Positions 47,024 through 56,493 of a DNA stretch of 64,000 nt are shown piece after piece (the stretch's first letter is position 1; each line of letters starts with the position of its first letter). This DNA is from an uncultured Bacteroidales bacterium. Its GTDB lineage: Bacteria > Bacteroidota > Bacteroidia > Bacteroidales > UBA4417. The DNA is taken from contig CALBZC010000009.1 of NCBI GenBank assembly GCA_937889945.1, positions 49,532 through 113,531 of the forward strand, read 5' to 3'. The notes below the pieces were generated by a model. That model was given only the letters and a program-made list of their open reading frames with translations. It was not told where the DNA came from and did not search any database. A program made the translations under genes and the position numbers.

Positions 47024-47794
47024 ATGCCTAAACCGCTTATTTTAGTAACAAATGATGACGGCATTTTTGCTGCCGGCATACGCAACCTCATAGAATTTGT
47101 AAAACCCTTGGGAGACTTGTTGATTGTAGCTCCCGACAAACCTCAATCGGCGATGGGACACGCCGTTACCATACAAACACCGCTGCGCCTATACTCCATT
47201 AAAGCTGAAGAAGGATACACAGAATACAGTTGCAACGGAACACCTGCCGATTGTGTGAAGCTGGCACAAAAAGTAATATTGAAACGCAAACCCGATCTGA
47301 TTGTTTCGGGTATTAACCACGGCAGCAATGCATCCATCAACGTTTTATATTCAGGAACCATGGCTGCGGTTATCGAGGGGGCTATGGAAAATATACCCGC
47401 TATAGGTTTTTCGCTTAATGACCTCTCATACAATGCATCCTTCCATCACTGCAAACACATCGTACAATCCTTGGCAAAAGAAGTATTAGAGAAAAAACTC
47501 CCGAATGGAGTTTGTCTTAACGTGAATATCCCCAAAAATGAAGGAGAACCGTTAAAAGGAATTAAAGTAACCCGACAAGCTAAAGCATATTGGAACGAAA
47601 ACTTTGACGAACGTCAGGACCCGCACAAACGCGATTATTTTTGGCTACAAGGTAAATTTGTAACACTTGACACTAACGAAGACAACGATTATGCCGCCCT
47701 GCAGGACGGATATGTGAGCATAGTGCCCACACAAATTGATTTAACAGCCTACCAAATGATTGATGAAGTAAAAAACTGGAATTTAAGCTACTAA
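47024..47794 (+). CDS. surE: 5'/3'-nucleotidase SurE
   Basis: 256 aa. N-terminal ILVTNDDGI and GINHGSN blocks. Confidence 0.92.
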   Translation: MPKPLILVTNDDGIFAAGIRNLIEFVKPLGDLLIVAPDKPQSAMGHAVTIQTPLRLYSIKAEEGYTEYSCNGTPADCVKLAQKVILKRKPDLIVSGINHGSNASINVLYSGTMAAVIEGAMENIPAIGFSLNDLSYNASFHHCKHIVQSLAKEVLEKKLPNGVCLNVNIPKNEGEPLKGIKVTRQAKAYWNENFDERQDPHKRDYFWLQGKFVTLDTNEDNDYAALQDGYVSIVPTQIDLTAYQMIDEVKNWNLSY

Positions 47795-47796
47795 AG

Positions 47797-48105
47797 ATGA
47801 AAGATTTTTTAAATAAAAACAATTTCCCTTTTGGCGTATTTTTAGGTCTTGTTTTTCCTATACCTCTCGCCTTCATTTTCGGATTTATGCTGCACTTGGC
47901 ACAAAGCAATTTACATGTAGTGGAAAAGGTAAAGGATATTGATATGCTACTGCTTGCCGTGGCAATGAATTTTTTACTGGTCCGTTTTTATATCAAGAAA
48001 AAACAATATCTACAAACAGCAAAAGGTTTATTCCTTATTTCTACCATTTTGGTTTTGGTATATTTTTTTACTTTTCAAAAAATAAATTTTGCATTCCCTT
48101 TTTAA
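47797..48105 (+). CDS. Small hypothetical membrane protein (3 predicted TM helices)
   Basis: 102 aa, hydrophobic, tightly packed between surE and lpxB on the same strand. Confidence 0.5.
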   Translation: MKDFLNKNNFPFGVFLGLVFPIPLAFIFGFMLHLAQSNLHVVEKVKDIDMLLLAVAMNFLLVRFYIKKKQYLQTAKGLFLISTILVLVYFFTFQKINFAFPF

Positions 48106-48116
48106 TGTAAGGTAAT

Positions 48117-49241
48117 ATGAAGTATTATATCATCGCGGGCGAATCCTCTGGCGACATTCACGGTGCAAAACTTATGGCAGGCATTAAAAAACGTGATAAC
48201 GATGCCCAATTTCGTTGCTGGGGAGGCGAAAACATGGAAAAAGAAGGCGGAGTTATTGTAAAGCACTACAAAGATCTTGCTTTCATGGGCTTTGCCGAAG
48301 TCGTAATGCATCTGAAAACCATTGTAAAGAACCTTAAATTTTGCAAAGAAGATATTTTGCAATGGCAACCCGATGCTGTAATATTGGTGGACTACCCCGG
48401 TTTTAACATGCGAATTGCAGAATTTGCCAAGCAGCAGAATTTTAAAGTTTATTATTACATTTCGCCGCAAGTTTGGGCTTGGAAAAAGAAACGTATCCAC
48501 AAAATACACCGTTCTACCGATATTGCATTTGTCATCCTCCCCTTTGAGAAAGAGTTTCACGCGCAAAAAGGCTATCATGTAGAGTACACCGGACATCCCA
48601 TGCCCGACTCTATGGACTTGGAAAAGCCTTTTGATATTGACGCGTTCAGAAAATTTAACGGATTGAGCGAAAAACCTATTATCGCATTGTTGCCGGGCAG
48701 CAGAAAGCATGAACTTAAAAGAATGCTACCCGTAATGGCAGATATACAGTCAAAAATGCCCGCGTATCAATTGGTAGTGGCTGGCGTTCATTCTTTAGGA
48801 AAAGATTTTTATACAAAATTTATAAAAACACCTCATATTCCCGTTATTTTCGGACAAACACATGATATTTTACGCGCCTCCCGTGCGGCAGCCGTAACAT
48901 CAGGAACCGCTACGCTGGAAACAGGCATGTTGCAAACGCCACAAGTAGTTTGCTATAAAATGAACTGGATAACGGCTATCATCGCTTTAGTGTTGGTAAA
49001 AGTCAAATTTATATCGCTCGTAAACCTTATCCTCGACAGAAAAGCAGTAGAAGAACTTATACAACATAAATGCACAAGCGAAAATATTGTGAAATACCTG
49101 AAACCGCTGGCAGAAGACACTCCTGAACGCCACAAAATGCTTGAAGATTATAAAGAACTTTTAGAAAAGGTAGGGAAACCCGGAGCATCAGACAGGGCGG
49201 CTGAAATTATGGTTAATCATTTAAAGGCAAACACAATTTAA
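48117..49241 (+). CDS. lpxB: Lipid-A-disaccharide synthase
   Basis: 374 aa. N-terminal YIIAGESSGDIHGAKLM and YISPQVWAW blocks. Confidence 0.92.
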   Translation: MKYYIIAGESSGDIHGAKLMAGIKKRDNDAQFRCWGGENMEKEGGVIVKHYKDLAFMGFAEVVMHLKTIVKNLKFCKEDILQWQPDAVILVDYPGFNMRIAEFAKQQNFKVYYYISPQVWAWKKKRIHKIHRSTDIAFVILPFEKEFHAQKGYHVEYTGHPMPDSMDLEKPFDIDAFRKFNGLSEKPIIALLPGSRKHELKRMLPVMADIQSKMPAYQLVVAGVHSLGKDFYTKFIKTPHIPVIFGQTHDILRASRAAAVTSGTATLETGMLQTPQVVCYKMNWITAIIALVLVKVKFISLVNLILDRKAVEELIQHKCTSENIVKYLKPLAEDTPERHKMLEDYKELLEKVGKPGASDRAAEIMVNHLKANTI

Positions 49242-49280
49242 ATTTTAGTAAGTACTAAACAATAATTACCTTATATTATT

Positions 49281-49454
49281 TTTTAAACCACATAGATATA
49301 TAGATAAGATTTGATGAAGCTAAAAATGAATGTTCAGAGATAAGATAAGGTAATAAAGACAACATCGGAGAGAATCTTTGAAGCTGTGCTTCAAAGCTAT
49401 GTGAGCCTTATTAAACCTTATAAATAAACATCTATGTCGCTATGTGGTTAAAAT
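49281..49454. repeat. Inverted-repeat-bounded ~170-bp intergenic element with a central perfect hairpin
   Basis: The left arm TTTTAAACCACATAGATATATAGAT (49281-49305) matches the reverse complement of 49428-49454 (AACCACATAG core). Central hairpin CTTTGAAGC-TGT-GCTTCAAAG lies at 49376-49396. Confidence 0.45.
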
Positions 49455-49536
49455 AAGTTAAACTATTTTTTACTCGCTACTTAATATAAAAACATATAAT
49501 TTATTCCTATTTAAAACGGGGAGATAGGTAGATTTT

Positions 49537-51633
49537 ATGAGCATTACTCCCATACTACGCTTATTGATATACCTTATCATAGGTATTATTATGGCTATGC
49601 TCTCCTCTGTAACTTTTCCTATATGGATTATATTATTAGCCATATGTTTTTTGACTGCTACTGCCGTAATATTAATTAAGCAGCAGCACAAAACCGCTTT
49701 TTCTGCTGCTGCCGCTGCATGTTTTGTTTCCATAGGATACATTATCACTATTTTACACACAGAACATCTATACAAAAACCATATTTCAAAACATAGTGAT
49801 GCGGATTTTATCATTGCCACAGTAAACGAACCTTTGCAGGAAAAAGAAAACAGTTATAAAACCATATTAAAAGTAGAAACAATCAACAAAAACGGGAAAA
49901 CGCAAAAAGCAAAAGGACAATTGCTCTGCTATCTCCAAAAAGATAATATTGAAACCGTACCCGCCTACAAGGATAAAATTATATTTCGCGCAAAAACATC
50001 CGACATTTCCTACCCGGGCAACCCTGGAAGTTTTAATTATAAGCGCTATATGGCTTTCCAGAATGTGTATCAGCAAGTTTATATCAAGCATACGGAGTGG
50101 AAGAAACTTACGCCTGCAAGCCAATGGAATATATACAAAAAAGCTAACGACATACGGGATAAATTTTTGCTCATACTACAGCAAAGCGGCATGCAAGGAC
50201 AAGAATATGCCATATCTGCCGCCCTCCTTTTCGGGCAACGCGACAAGCTCGATGCTGAGACTTTGCAAACCTACGCCAATGCAGGGGTAATTCATATTAT
50301 TTCCGTTTCAGGAATGCATGTAGGCATTATCTATATTATGCTTATGTTTATGCTCAGCTTTATAGGTAACGGCAAACGGCAATCTATATTTAAAACATTT
50401 CTCGTTTTACTCACCATTTGGGCTTATGCTTTGCTGACAGGATTATCGCCCGCCGTATTAAGGGCTTCCGTAATGTTTAGCTTTATAAGCATAGGAAGTT
50501 TAACACGCAGGGATGCACATATTATTAACTCCGTTGCTATTTCCGCTTTTGTGATTCTGCTATTCAACCCTTTTCTTATTGCAGATGTAGGATTTCAGCT
50601 TTCGTACATGGCTGTAATCGGGATTGTGTTGATACAAAAACCACTTTCCGATTTATGGCAACCTAAATATAAAGTTACGTCATGGTTATGGGAATTGGTA
50701 TGTGTTTCCATTGCCGCACAAATTGCCACGCTTCCATTGTCATTACTTTATTTCCATCAGTTCCCTTTATATTTCATCCCATCTAATCTGATTGCCGTGC
50801 CTTTGTCAAGCGTAATTATTTACAGTGCGCTGGCAACATTAGTAACTTCTTTTCTCGTGCCGGTAGCTAAGATATTTGCTGTTATTACTTCAAAAAGCAT
50901 CGCTATAATGAATATGGGGCTGGATTTCCTGAATGATTTGCCGGCAAGCCTTTTGCACGTCAATACCATATTTGTAAAAGAAGCGGTATTATTAGCGCTT
51001 ATCATCATATCCGCATACTTATTTTTTAAATATAAGAAAAACGGATATGTTTTCGCATCACTTTGCCTGATATTACTATTGTTTATAAGCACAGGAATTA
51101 CCCGAATTGCACGAAACAATCAACAAAAACTTGTTGTTTACAACATAAATAAGCATTCTGCCATAGGCATTATCAACCAAACCAAACAATGGATAATTTC
51201 GGATTCCGCAACTACGAAAAGTCAGAGGCTACAAGCATTTAACATCAATGGCACTCAAAATATATTCGGCATAAAATCCATAGATTATAAAACACTGAAT
51301 GCACCCAACGACACTGTAATACAATTAAGTTCTGATATGGCTGTTTTTTCCGATTATATACTTATTAATAAAACCCGCATTGCTTTACCAAGTGGAGCAA
51401 TTGAGGCAAACAACGTGCATGCCGGCAAACCCGACATAGATTATTTAATTATTCGTTATCCTTTGCAATATAATAATGTAGAAGCGCTTTGTAATGCCTA
51501 TAATCCCAAACACATTATTATAGATGCATCCATACCGTTTTATATGGAAAAAGCCATAAAAGACAAATGCCAATCATTGGGAATTGGCATTTATACTACA
51601 CGCCAATATGGCGCATTAACTATTGATTTTTAG
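49537..51633 (+). CDS. comEC: ComEC/Rec2-family competence membrane protein
   Basis: 698 aa polytopic. The central block VIHIISVSGMHVG is typical of the ComEC competence domain. Confidence 0.8.
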   Translation: MSITPILRLLIYLIIGIIMAMLSSVTFPIWIILLAICFLTATAVILIKQQHKTAFSAAAAACFVSIGYIITILHTEHLYKNHISKHSDADFIIATVNEPLQEKENSYKTILKVETINKNGKTQKAKGQLLCYLQKDNIETVPAYKDKIIFRAKTSDISYPGNPGSFNYKRYMAFQNVYQQVYIKHTEWKKLTPASQWNIYKKANDIRDKFLLILQQSGMQGQEYAISAALLFGQRDKLDAETLQTYANAGVIHIISVSGMHVGIIYIMLMFMLSFIGNGKRQSIFKTFLVLLTIWAYALLTGLSPAVLRASVMFSFISIGSLTRRDAHIINSVAISAFVILLFNPFLIADVGFQLSYMAVIGIVLIQKPLSDLWQPKYKVTSWLWELVCVSIAAQIATLPLSLLYFHQFPLYFIPSNLIAVPLSSVIIYSALATLVTSFLVPVAKIFAVITSKSIAIMNMGLDFLNDLPASLLHVNTIFVKEAVLLALIIISAYLFFKYKKNGYVFASLCLILLLFISTGITRIARNNQQKLVVYNINKHSAIGIINQTKQWIISDSATTKSQRLQAFNINGTQNIFGIKSIDYKTLNAPNDTVIQLSSDMAVFSDYILINKTRIALPSGAIEANNVHAGKPDIDYLIIRYPLQYNNVEALCNAYNPKHIIIDASIPFYMEKAIKDKCQSLGIGIYTTRQYGALTIDF

Positions 51634-52146
51634 TTATCTATTTCTTTCAAACGAAATTATATCGCCTTTTTTGAGATTATGTTGTTTGGCATAGCCGGCA
51701 TTCACTTCCACAACGTATTTTGCGGGAGCTTCGGAAGGTATCTGCGCTTCTGAATAAGGAACCGCGTCGGGACTAATGTTTACAATTTTCATAGCTTCGC
51801 TCACATAAATAATATCAAGAGGCAGAATAGTATTTTTCATCCAAAAATTTTGAGGTTCTTCTCTTTCCATAATAAATAACATTCCTTTATCTGCATCCAT
51901 TTTTTCCCTATACATAAGCCCTTGAGCACGCGCAAGATCGGTTTCCGCAATTTCTATAGCTATGGAAGATATTAACTTTTTATTGGAATCTAAAAAATTT
52001 AAGGCGCCATCTTGTCTAAACTCGGTACCTTCAGGCTTAATATTTTCAATAGACTTGTCAATTACCGGTTTTGATTTATGCTGACATGATACTACCATAA
52101 AAAACAAGCTAAAAACAGCCAACGTTACAATAAAAAATTTTCTCAT
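51634..52146 (-). CDS. DUF192 domain-containing exported protein
   Basis: 170 aa with a signal peptide/lipobox (VVSC). GLMYRE...GMLF pattern of DUF192. Confidence 0.7.
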   Translation of the reverse strand: MRKFFIVTLAVFSLFFMVVSCQHKSKPVIDKSIENIKPEGTEFRQDGALNFLDSNKKLISSIAIEIAETDLARAQGLMYREKMDADKGMLFIMEREEPQNFWMKNTILPLDIIYVSEAMKIVNISPDAVPYSEAQIPSEAPAKYVVEVNAGYAKQHNLKKGDIISFERNR

Positions 52147-52260
52147 TTGTTTATTTTTTAATAATTTATTAAAATGGTATATGTATATTTATTTTATATT
52201 ATTTAAATCCGCCTCTATATTTTTCCACCACAATTATAATATATCAATTCTGTTTGTTTT

Positions 52261-53295
52261 TTAATGCGTTAAGTCTATAATCACAGGCAAATGATCGCTA
52301 AACCCCGCTTGGTACTTAGCTCCGTAAAATGTGCGAAAAGGCTTTAACCCAAACCATACTTCATCTTTTTGCAAAAGAAACGGTGCGTCAAATATACGAA
52401 AACTTTTAGGGATGATGTGAATGTGGTTTGTGTTTTTTAACAGGTTTTGAGAAACGATGATATGGTCTATGCATTGCCATTGTTCGCGAAATTTTATGGT
52501 TCCCTTATTTTTATAATCAATAGTAGCAGTCATATTATATAGCTTATATCTGTTATTTACAACCGTATCCATACAAGCCCCCAATGTTTTCTCTACAGCT
52601 TCCTCGTTAGCAGTTTCATTAAAATCGCCCATAGCAATAATATTTGCAGAAGAATTTGCTGCCAACAAAGAATCGGTTATGTTTTTTAACGTAAGGGCAA
52701 CCGCATTGCGTTTATTAACTGTTTCCAGCTCTCCTCCGTATTTAGAAGGCCAATGATTTACGAATAAATGTAACGTATCAGAAGATGAAAGCACTACTCC
52801 TTTTACGTATAAAATATCGCGTGTCCGCGATAATGTGTCGGCTGCAAACCGAATGCGCACAGGATAATTCTTCAAAACTTTAAACCTATCCTTTCTATAG
52901 AGCATAGCTACATCTATCCCTCTCGGATCAGGCGAATCATGATGAACTATACGATAATCGAAATCTACCAATGGTGTTTCTTTCAACAGCTTATTTAACA
53001 CAAAATAGTTTTCCACTTCGTACAATCCGATAATATCAGGCAAATCACCTTCTCCTGCCGCGATAATAACCTTTGATAAACTACGTATTTTATCCATCAT
53101 GCGTCCGTATGTCCATCCACGTATGCCGTTAGGTAAAAACTCTTCGTCGGAGGTGAGAGAATCATTAAAACTATCATATAAGTTTTCTACATTATAGGAT
53201 ATTATCCTGAAACGGTTTTCATTTTTACCCTGACCAAAGCCAGAAGAGATAAAGCAAAAACAAAAAATGAATAAAAAAACAATATTTCTGACCAT
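52261..53295 (-). CDS. Endonuclease/exonuclease/phosphatase (EEP) family protein, secreted
   Basis: 344 aa. N-terminal FRIISYNVENL and C-terminal SDHLPV catalytic blocks. Confidence 0.8.
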   Translation of the reverse strand: MVRNIVFLFIFCFCFISSGFGQGKNENRFRIISYNVENLYDSFNDSLTSDEEFLPNGIRGWTYGRMMDKIRSLSKVIIAAGEGDLPDIIGLYEVENYFVLNKLLKETPLVDFDYRIVHHDSPDPRGIDVAMLYRKDRFKVLKNYPVRIRFAADTLSRTRDILYVKGVVLSSSDTLHLFVNHWPSKYGGELETVNKRNAVALTLKNITDSLLAANSSANIIAMGDFNETANEEAVEKTLGACMDTVVNNRYKLYNMTATIDYKNKGTIKFREQWQCIDHIIVSQNLLKNTNHIHIIPKSFRIFDAPFLLQKDEVWFGLKPFRTFYGAKYQAGFSDHLPVIIDLTH

Positions 53296-53472
53296 AAGCG
53301 GAAATGCTTTTTAACAAAATTAAAAAACTTATTTATTAAAATAACACATTAGTATCAGCAAGACAATAATTTAATGAATTATAGAAAAACTACCAAGCTT
53401 CTTTTTTAACCCCATTATGTTACACACATATAAAAATAAAGAAAAAAAGAACTTAATTTCTAATTTTAATTA

Positions 53473-53480
53473 TATCTTTG
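53473..53480 (+). promoter_or_regulatory. Candidate -7 promoter box TATCTTTG for tRNA-Leu
   Basis: Exact TAnnTTTG match ending 7 nt before the tRNA 5' end. Confidence 0.45.
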
Positions 53481-53487
53481 CATTGTT

Positions 53488-53569
53488 GCCCGAATGGCGA
53501 AATTGGTAGACGCACCGTCTTCAGGTGGCGGCGCCGCAAGGCATGCTGGTTCGAGTCCGGTTTCGGGCA
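53488..53569 (+). tRNA. tRNA-Leu (anticodon CAG), class II with long variable arm
   Basis: Hand-folded. Acceptor stem GCCCGAA/TTCGGGC. Anticodon stem CCGTC/GGCGG with loop TTCAGGT (CAG). Long variable arm, T-loop TTCGAGT, discriminator A. No encoded CCA. Confidence 0.9.
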
Positions 53570-53573
53570 CATG

Positions 53574-53607
53574 GGCTTCTTTTGAAGTAACAAAAGAAGC
53601 CTTTTTT
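53574..53607 (+). terminator. Intrinsic terminator after tRNA-Leu
   Basis: Perfect 11-bp stem GGCTTCTTTTG / CAAAAGAAGCC with loop AAGTAA, followed by TTTTTT. Confidence 0.85.
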
Positions 53608-53857
53608 GTCTTTTAGAAGCAAATGAGGGAAAAATATCCGCAAAATGTTTAGTATTTTATATAATAAATTTCAAAAAAAAACGTTTTTTAAATTTTATTG
53701 TATACTTCATACCCCCAATAACCACATTAACCAAGTCTTTAATTATGTTATTGATTTGGTTAGTTAAATAAGTTAATTGAAAGGAAGAAAATTTGTCCTA
53801 TAATCTTAAGTAGGCAAAAGATCCTTACGCTTACTCACACACTTTTTTAACTCTAAG

Positions 53858-53886
53858 GACACCCTTTTCTAAGGGTGTCTTTTTTT
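53858..53886 (+). terminator. Orphan plus-strand intrinsic terminator (no annotated gene upstream)
   Basis: Perfect 9-bp stem GACACCCTT / AAGGGTGTC with loop TTCT, followed by TTTTTTT. It lies about 250 nt after the tRNA terminator and about 90 nt before the next CDS. Confidence 0.75.
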
Positions 53887-53958
53887 ATACAAATTACTGA
53901 TTGGCAAATACAAAACCTTTTTTATTCCCTTTGATAGATGAACTCATAAAATTAATAC

Positions 53959-53966
53959 TACTTTTG
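53959..53966 (+). promoter_or_regulatory. Candidate -7 promoter box TACTTTTG
   Basis: Exact TAnnTTTG match, 9 nt upstream of the radical SAM gene ATG. This would imply a near-leaderless mRNA. Confidence 0.3.
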
Positions 53967-53974
53967 TAGTACGT

Positions 53975-55063
53975 ATGAATACACATTCTCATTTATTACA
54001 AAAAGCTATTAACGGCAACTTCCTTTCAGCGGAAGAAGGGATTGAACTATACCTTAAGTCCGAAACTCCTCTATTGATGCTTGCCGCACACCAATTGCGC
54101 ATGCGCCTGCATCCTGACAATATGGTTACCTGGATTATTGACAGAAACGTAAATTACACCAATATTTGCATGTCGGGCTGCCAGTTTTGTAATTTCTACA
54201 GAGGAAAAAAACATAACGAAGCCTACATTACTACCATTGAACAATACAAAGAAAAAATAGATACTTTATTTAAAAGAGGCGGCAATCAAGTGTTGTTACA
54301 GGGAGGCATGCATCCTGATTTAGGCTTGACTTTTTACACTACCCTGTTTAAACAACTCAAAGATTTATATCCTACGTTAAAACTTCATGCATTAGGACCT
54401 CCTGAAGTTGTACATATTTCCAAGTTAGAAGGAATTACGTATGCGCAGGTGCTAAAGGAGTTAATAAATGCAGGATTAGACAGCTTGCCGGGTGCAGGAG
54501 CTGAAATTTTATCCGACAGGGTGCGGGGTGCTATTTCTAAAAACAAATGCTCTGTCAATGAATGGCTTGATGTAATGCGCGAAGCACATAAATTAAATCT
54601 TACTACCTCAGCTACTATGATGTTTGGGCATATAGAAACACCGGAAGAGCGCCTGCAACACATGATTTACTTGAGAGAGGTGCAACAGCAAAAACCCAAA
54701 GGAGCAAAGGGCTTTCTATCGTTTATTCCCTGGCCCTTTCAAGGCGAAGGTACCGCGCTAAAAAAGATACATCAAATAAAAAACAAGGTAACTACTGAGG
54801 ATTATATACGCCTTATTGCCATTAGCCGTTTAATGTTGCCCAATATTCCGAACATACAAGCTTCTTGGCTTACTGTTGGGAAACAAACGGGACAAGTTTG
54901 CCTCCATGCAGGCGCCAACGATTTTGGTTCTATTATGATTGAGGAAAATGTGGTAAGCGTGGCGGGCGCCAATTACTCGTTTGATGAAACCGGCATACAG
55001 CAAGCTATACGCGAAGCAGGTTTTGAGCCTAAGTTAAGAGATCAGCAATTTAACCTCTTATAA
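53975..55063 (+). CDS. Radical SAM enzyme of the MqnC/MqnE/CofH family (futalosine-pathway menaquinone biosynthesis)
   Basis: 362 aa. NVNYTNICMSGCQFCNFYR carries the CxxxCxxC cluster. LLQGGMHP and FIPWPFQ blocks are typical of the family. I cannot separate MqnC from MqnE by eye. Confidence 0.75.
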   Translation: MNTHSHLLQKAINGNFLSAEEGIELYLKSETPLLMLAAHQLRMRLHPDNMVTWIIDRNVNYTNICMSGCQFCNFYRGKKHNEAYITTIEQYKEKIDTLFKRGGNQVLLQGGMHPDLGLTFYTTLFKQLKDLYPTLKLHALGPPEVVHISKLEGITYAQVLKELINAGLDSLPGAGAEILSDRVRGAISKNKCSVNEWLDVMREAHKLNLTTSATMMFGHIETPEERLQHMIYLREVQQQKPKGAKGFLSFIPWPFQGEGTALKKIHQIKNKVTTEDYIRLIAISRLMLPNIPNIQASWLTVGKQTGQVCLHAGANDFGSIMIEENVVSVAGANYSFDETGIQQAIREAGFEPKLRDQQFNLL

Positions 55064-56302
55064 CTATACTGTAATAGATTCCAATATCACTTTTGTGGCT
55101 CCCACGTTATTTTTAACATATTGCGTGCAAATATCGCTTTGCGTTTTGCGCATTTCTTTATCTTGGAGCAACATATTCACACCCCGTTCAAGGTCTTCCG
55201 CATTGCGGATTACGTGCGCCCCACCCAGAGCTATTAAATCTTTGGCTTCTTTAAACTTTTGATAGTTTGTCCCAAAAAACAAAGGCAATCCAAATACAGC
55301 AGCTTCCAACGTGTTGTGAATACCGGCGCCAAAGCCCCCTCCTATGTAGGCAAGCTGACCATATGGGTATATATGCGCCAACAATCCTATTTTATTAATA
55401 ATCAAAACCTGATATGTATTTATAGTTTCATCGGATGCATCGGTAAATAAAACAGCTTTACCGTTGAGCTTTTGCAGTAATCCGGCGATGTGTTGTTCTC
55501 CTATTTCGTGTGGCGCTATCACGCATTTCAAGTCAGGAATTTGCTGCAATAATGCCACCAACAGCTCTTCATCGGCTTGCCAAGTGCTGCCTGCTATTAA
55601 AACCGTTTGATTTCCGGAAAACTTTTTCACCAATTCAACATTTTGCGGTTGCGAGGCAATAGTGTAAACCCTGTCGAAACGTGTATCTCCGCTAATAGTT
55701 ACGTTGGTTTGTATATCAATTGAACGTAAAAGCTCTTTTGAATTGGTATCTTGTACAAAAATGCCCGCAAAATTCCGCAAATATTTTTGCGCCCATTTGC
55801 CATACCATTTAAAAAACATGCTGTTGTTTCTAAAAATAGCCGATACCACGTAGGTGGGAATATGTTGTGTATGCAAAACTTTTAAAAAATTAAACCAATA
55901 ATCATACTTTACAAAAACAGCCATAGAAGGGTTTACTTTTTCTATAAATTTTTGTGCGTTGCGTTTTGTATCCAAAGGCATATACAAGACCAAATCAGCG
56001 CCTGCATAGTTTTTACGGATTTCATAACCCGAAGGACTAAAAAATGTAAGTATAATTTTAATTTCGGGATATTTTTGTTTAAAAGCTTCTATAAGAGGAC
56101 GCCCCTGTTCAAATTCGCCCAGCGAAGAGCAATGAAACCAAGCTCTTTTTTCCTGAGGAGGTAAGTTTTTTAAGGCATTATCAAGATTTATAAAATATTT
56201 TTTTCTTCCCTCAAGCCACAACTTGGCTTTTGCGTTAAACAAGGCTGCTAATCTTATCGCTATGCCGTATAAATGAATAAGTATGGTATATAAATATTGC
56301 AT
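55064..56302 (-). CDS. waaA: 3-deoxy-D-manno-octulosonic acid (Kdo) transferase
   Basis: 412 aa. FHCSSLGEFEQGRPLIE block typical of WaaA/KdtA. Confidence 0.88.
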   Translation of the reverse strand: MQYLYTILIHLYGIAIRLAALFNAKAKLWLEGRKKYFINLDNALKNLPPQEKRAWFHCSSLGEFEQGRPLIEAFKQKYPEIKIILTFFSPSGYEIRKNYAGADLVLYMPLDTKRNAQKFIEKVNPSMAVFVKYDYWFNFLKVLHTQHIPTYVVSAIFRNNSMFFKWYGKWAQKYLRNFAGIFVQDTNSKELLRSIDIQTNVTISGDTRFDRVYTIASQPQNVELVKKFSGNQTVLIAGSTWQADEELLVALLQQIPDLKCVIAPHEIGEQHIAGLLQKLNGKAVLFTDASDETINTYQVLIINKIGLLAHIYPYGQLAYIGGGFGAGIHNTLEAAVFGLPLFFGTNYQKFKEAKDLIALGGAHVIRNAEDLERGVNMLLQDKEMRKTQSDICTQYVKNNVGATKVILESITV

Positions 56303-56493
56303 GGGTAGTAAAATAAAAAATTACAATCAATAGAATAAAAATTTATAATTTACATAAAATTTAATCATATTGAATATATTAATGGATTTAACGTTATAGT
56401 ATTTTACAAATATAAAGTCATTTTGCGCATACCTGATTATTTTTTCGTCCTACCTTCTAACTTTTGTCAATTTATTGCTTGTGTTTTTATGCA

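Noticed and set aside
48102-48710. 202-aa minus-strand ORF overlapping the start of lpxB
   Set aside because: Entirely antisense to a strongly supported lpxB with clear family motifs. It has no recognisable motifs of its own and is a typical shadow ORF.
53645-53773. 42-aa sORF (MFSILYNKFQKKTFFKFYCILHTPNNHINQVFNYVIDLVS) in the tRNA-mqn spacer
   Set aside because: No recognisable family, AT-driven composition and no evidence for translation. Mentioned only within the orphan-terminator finding.
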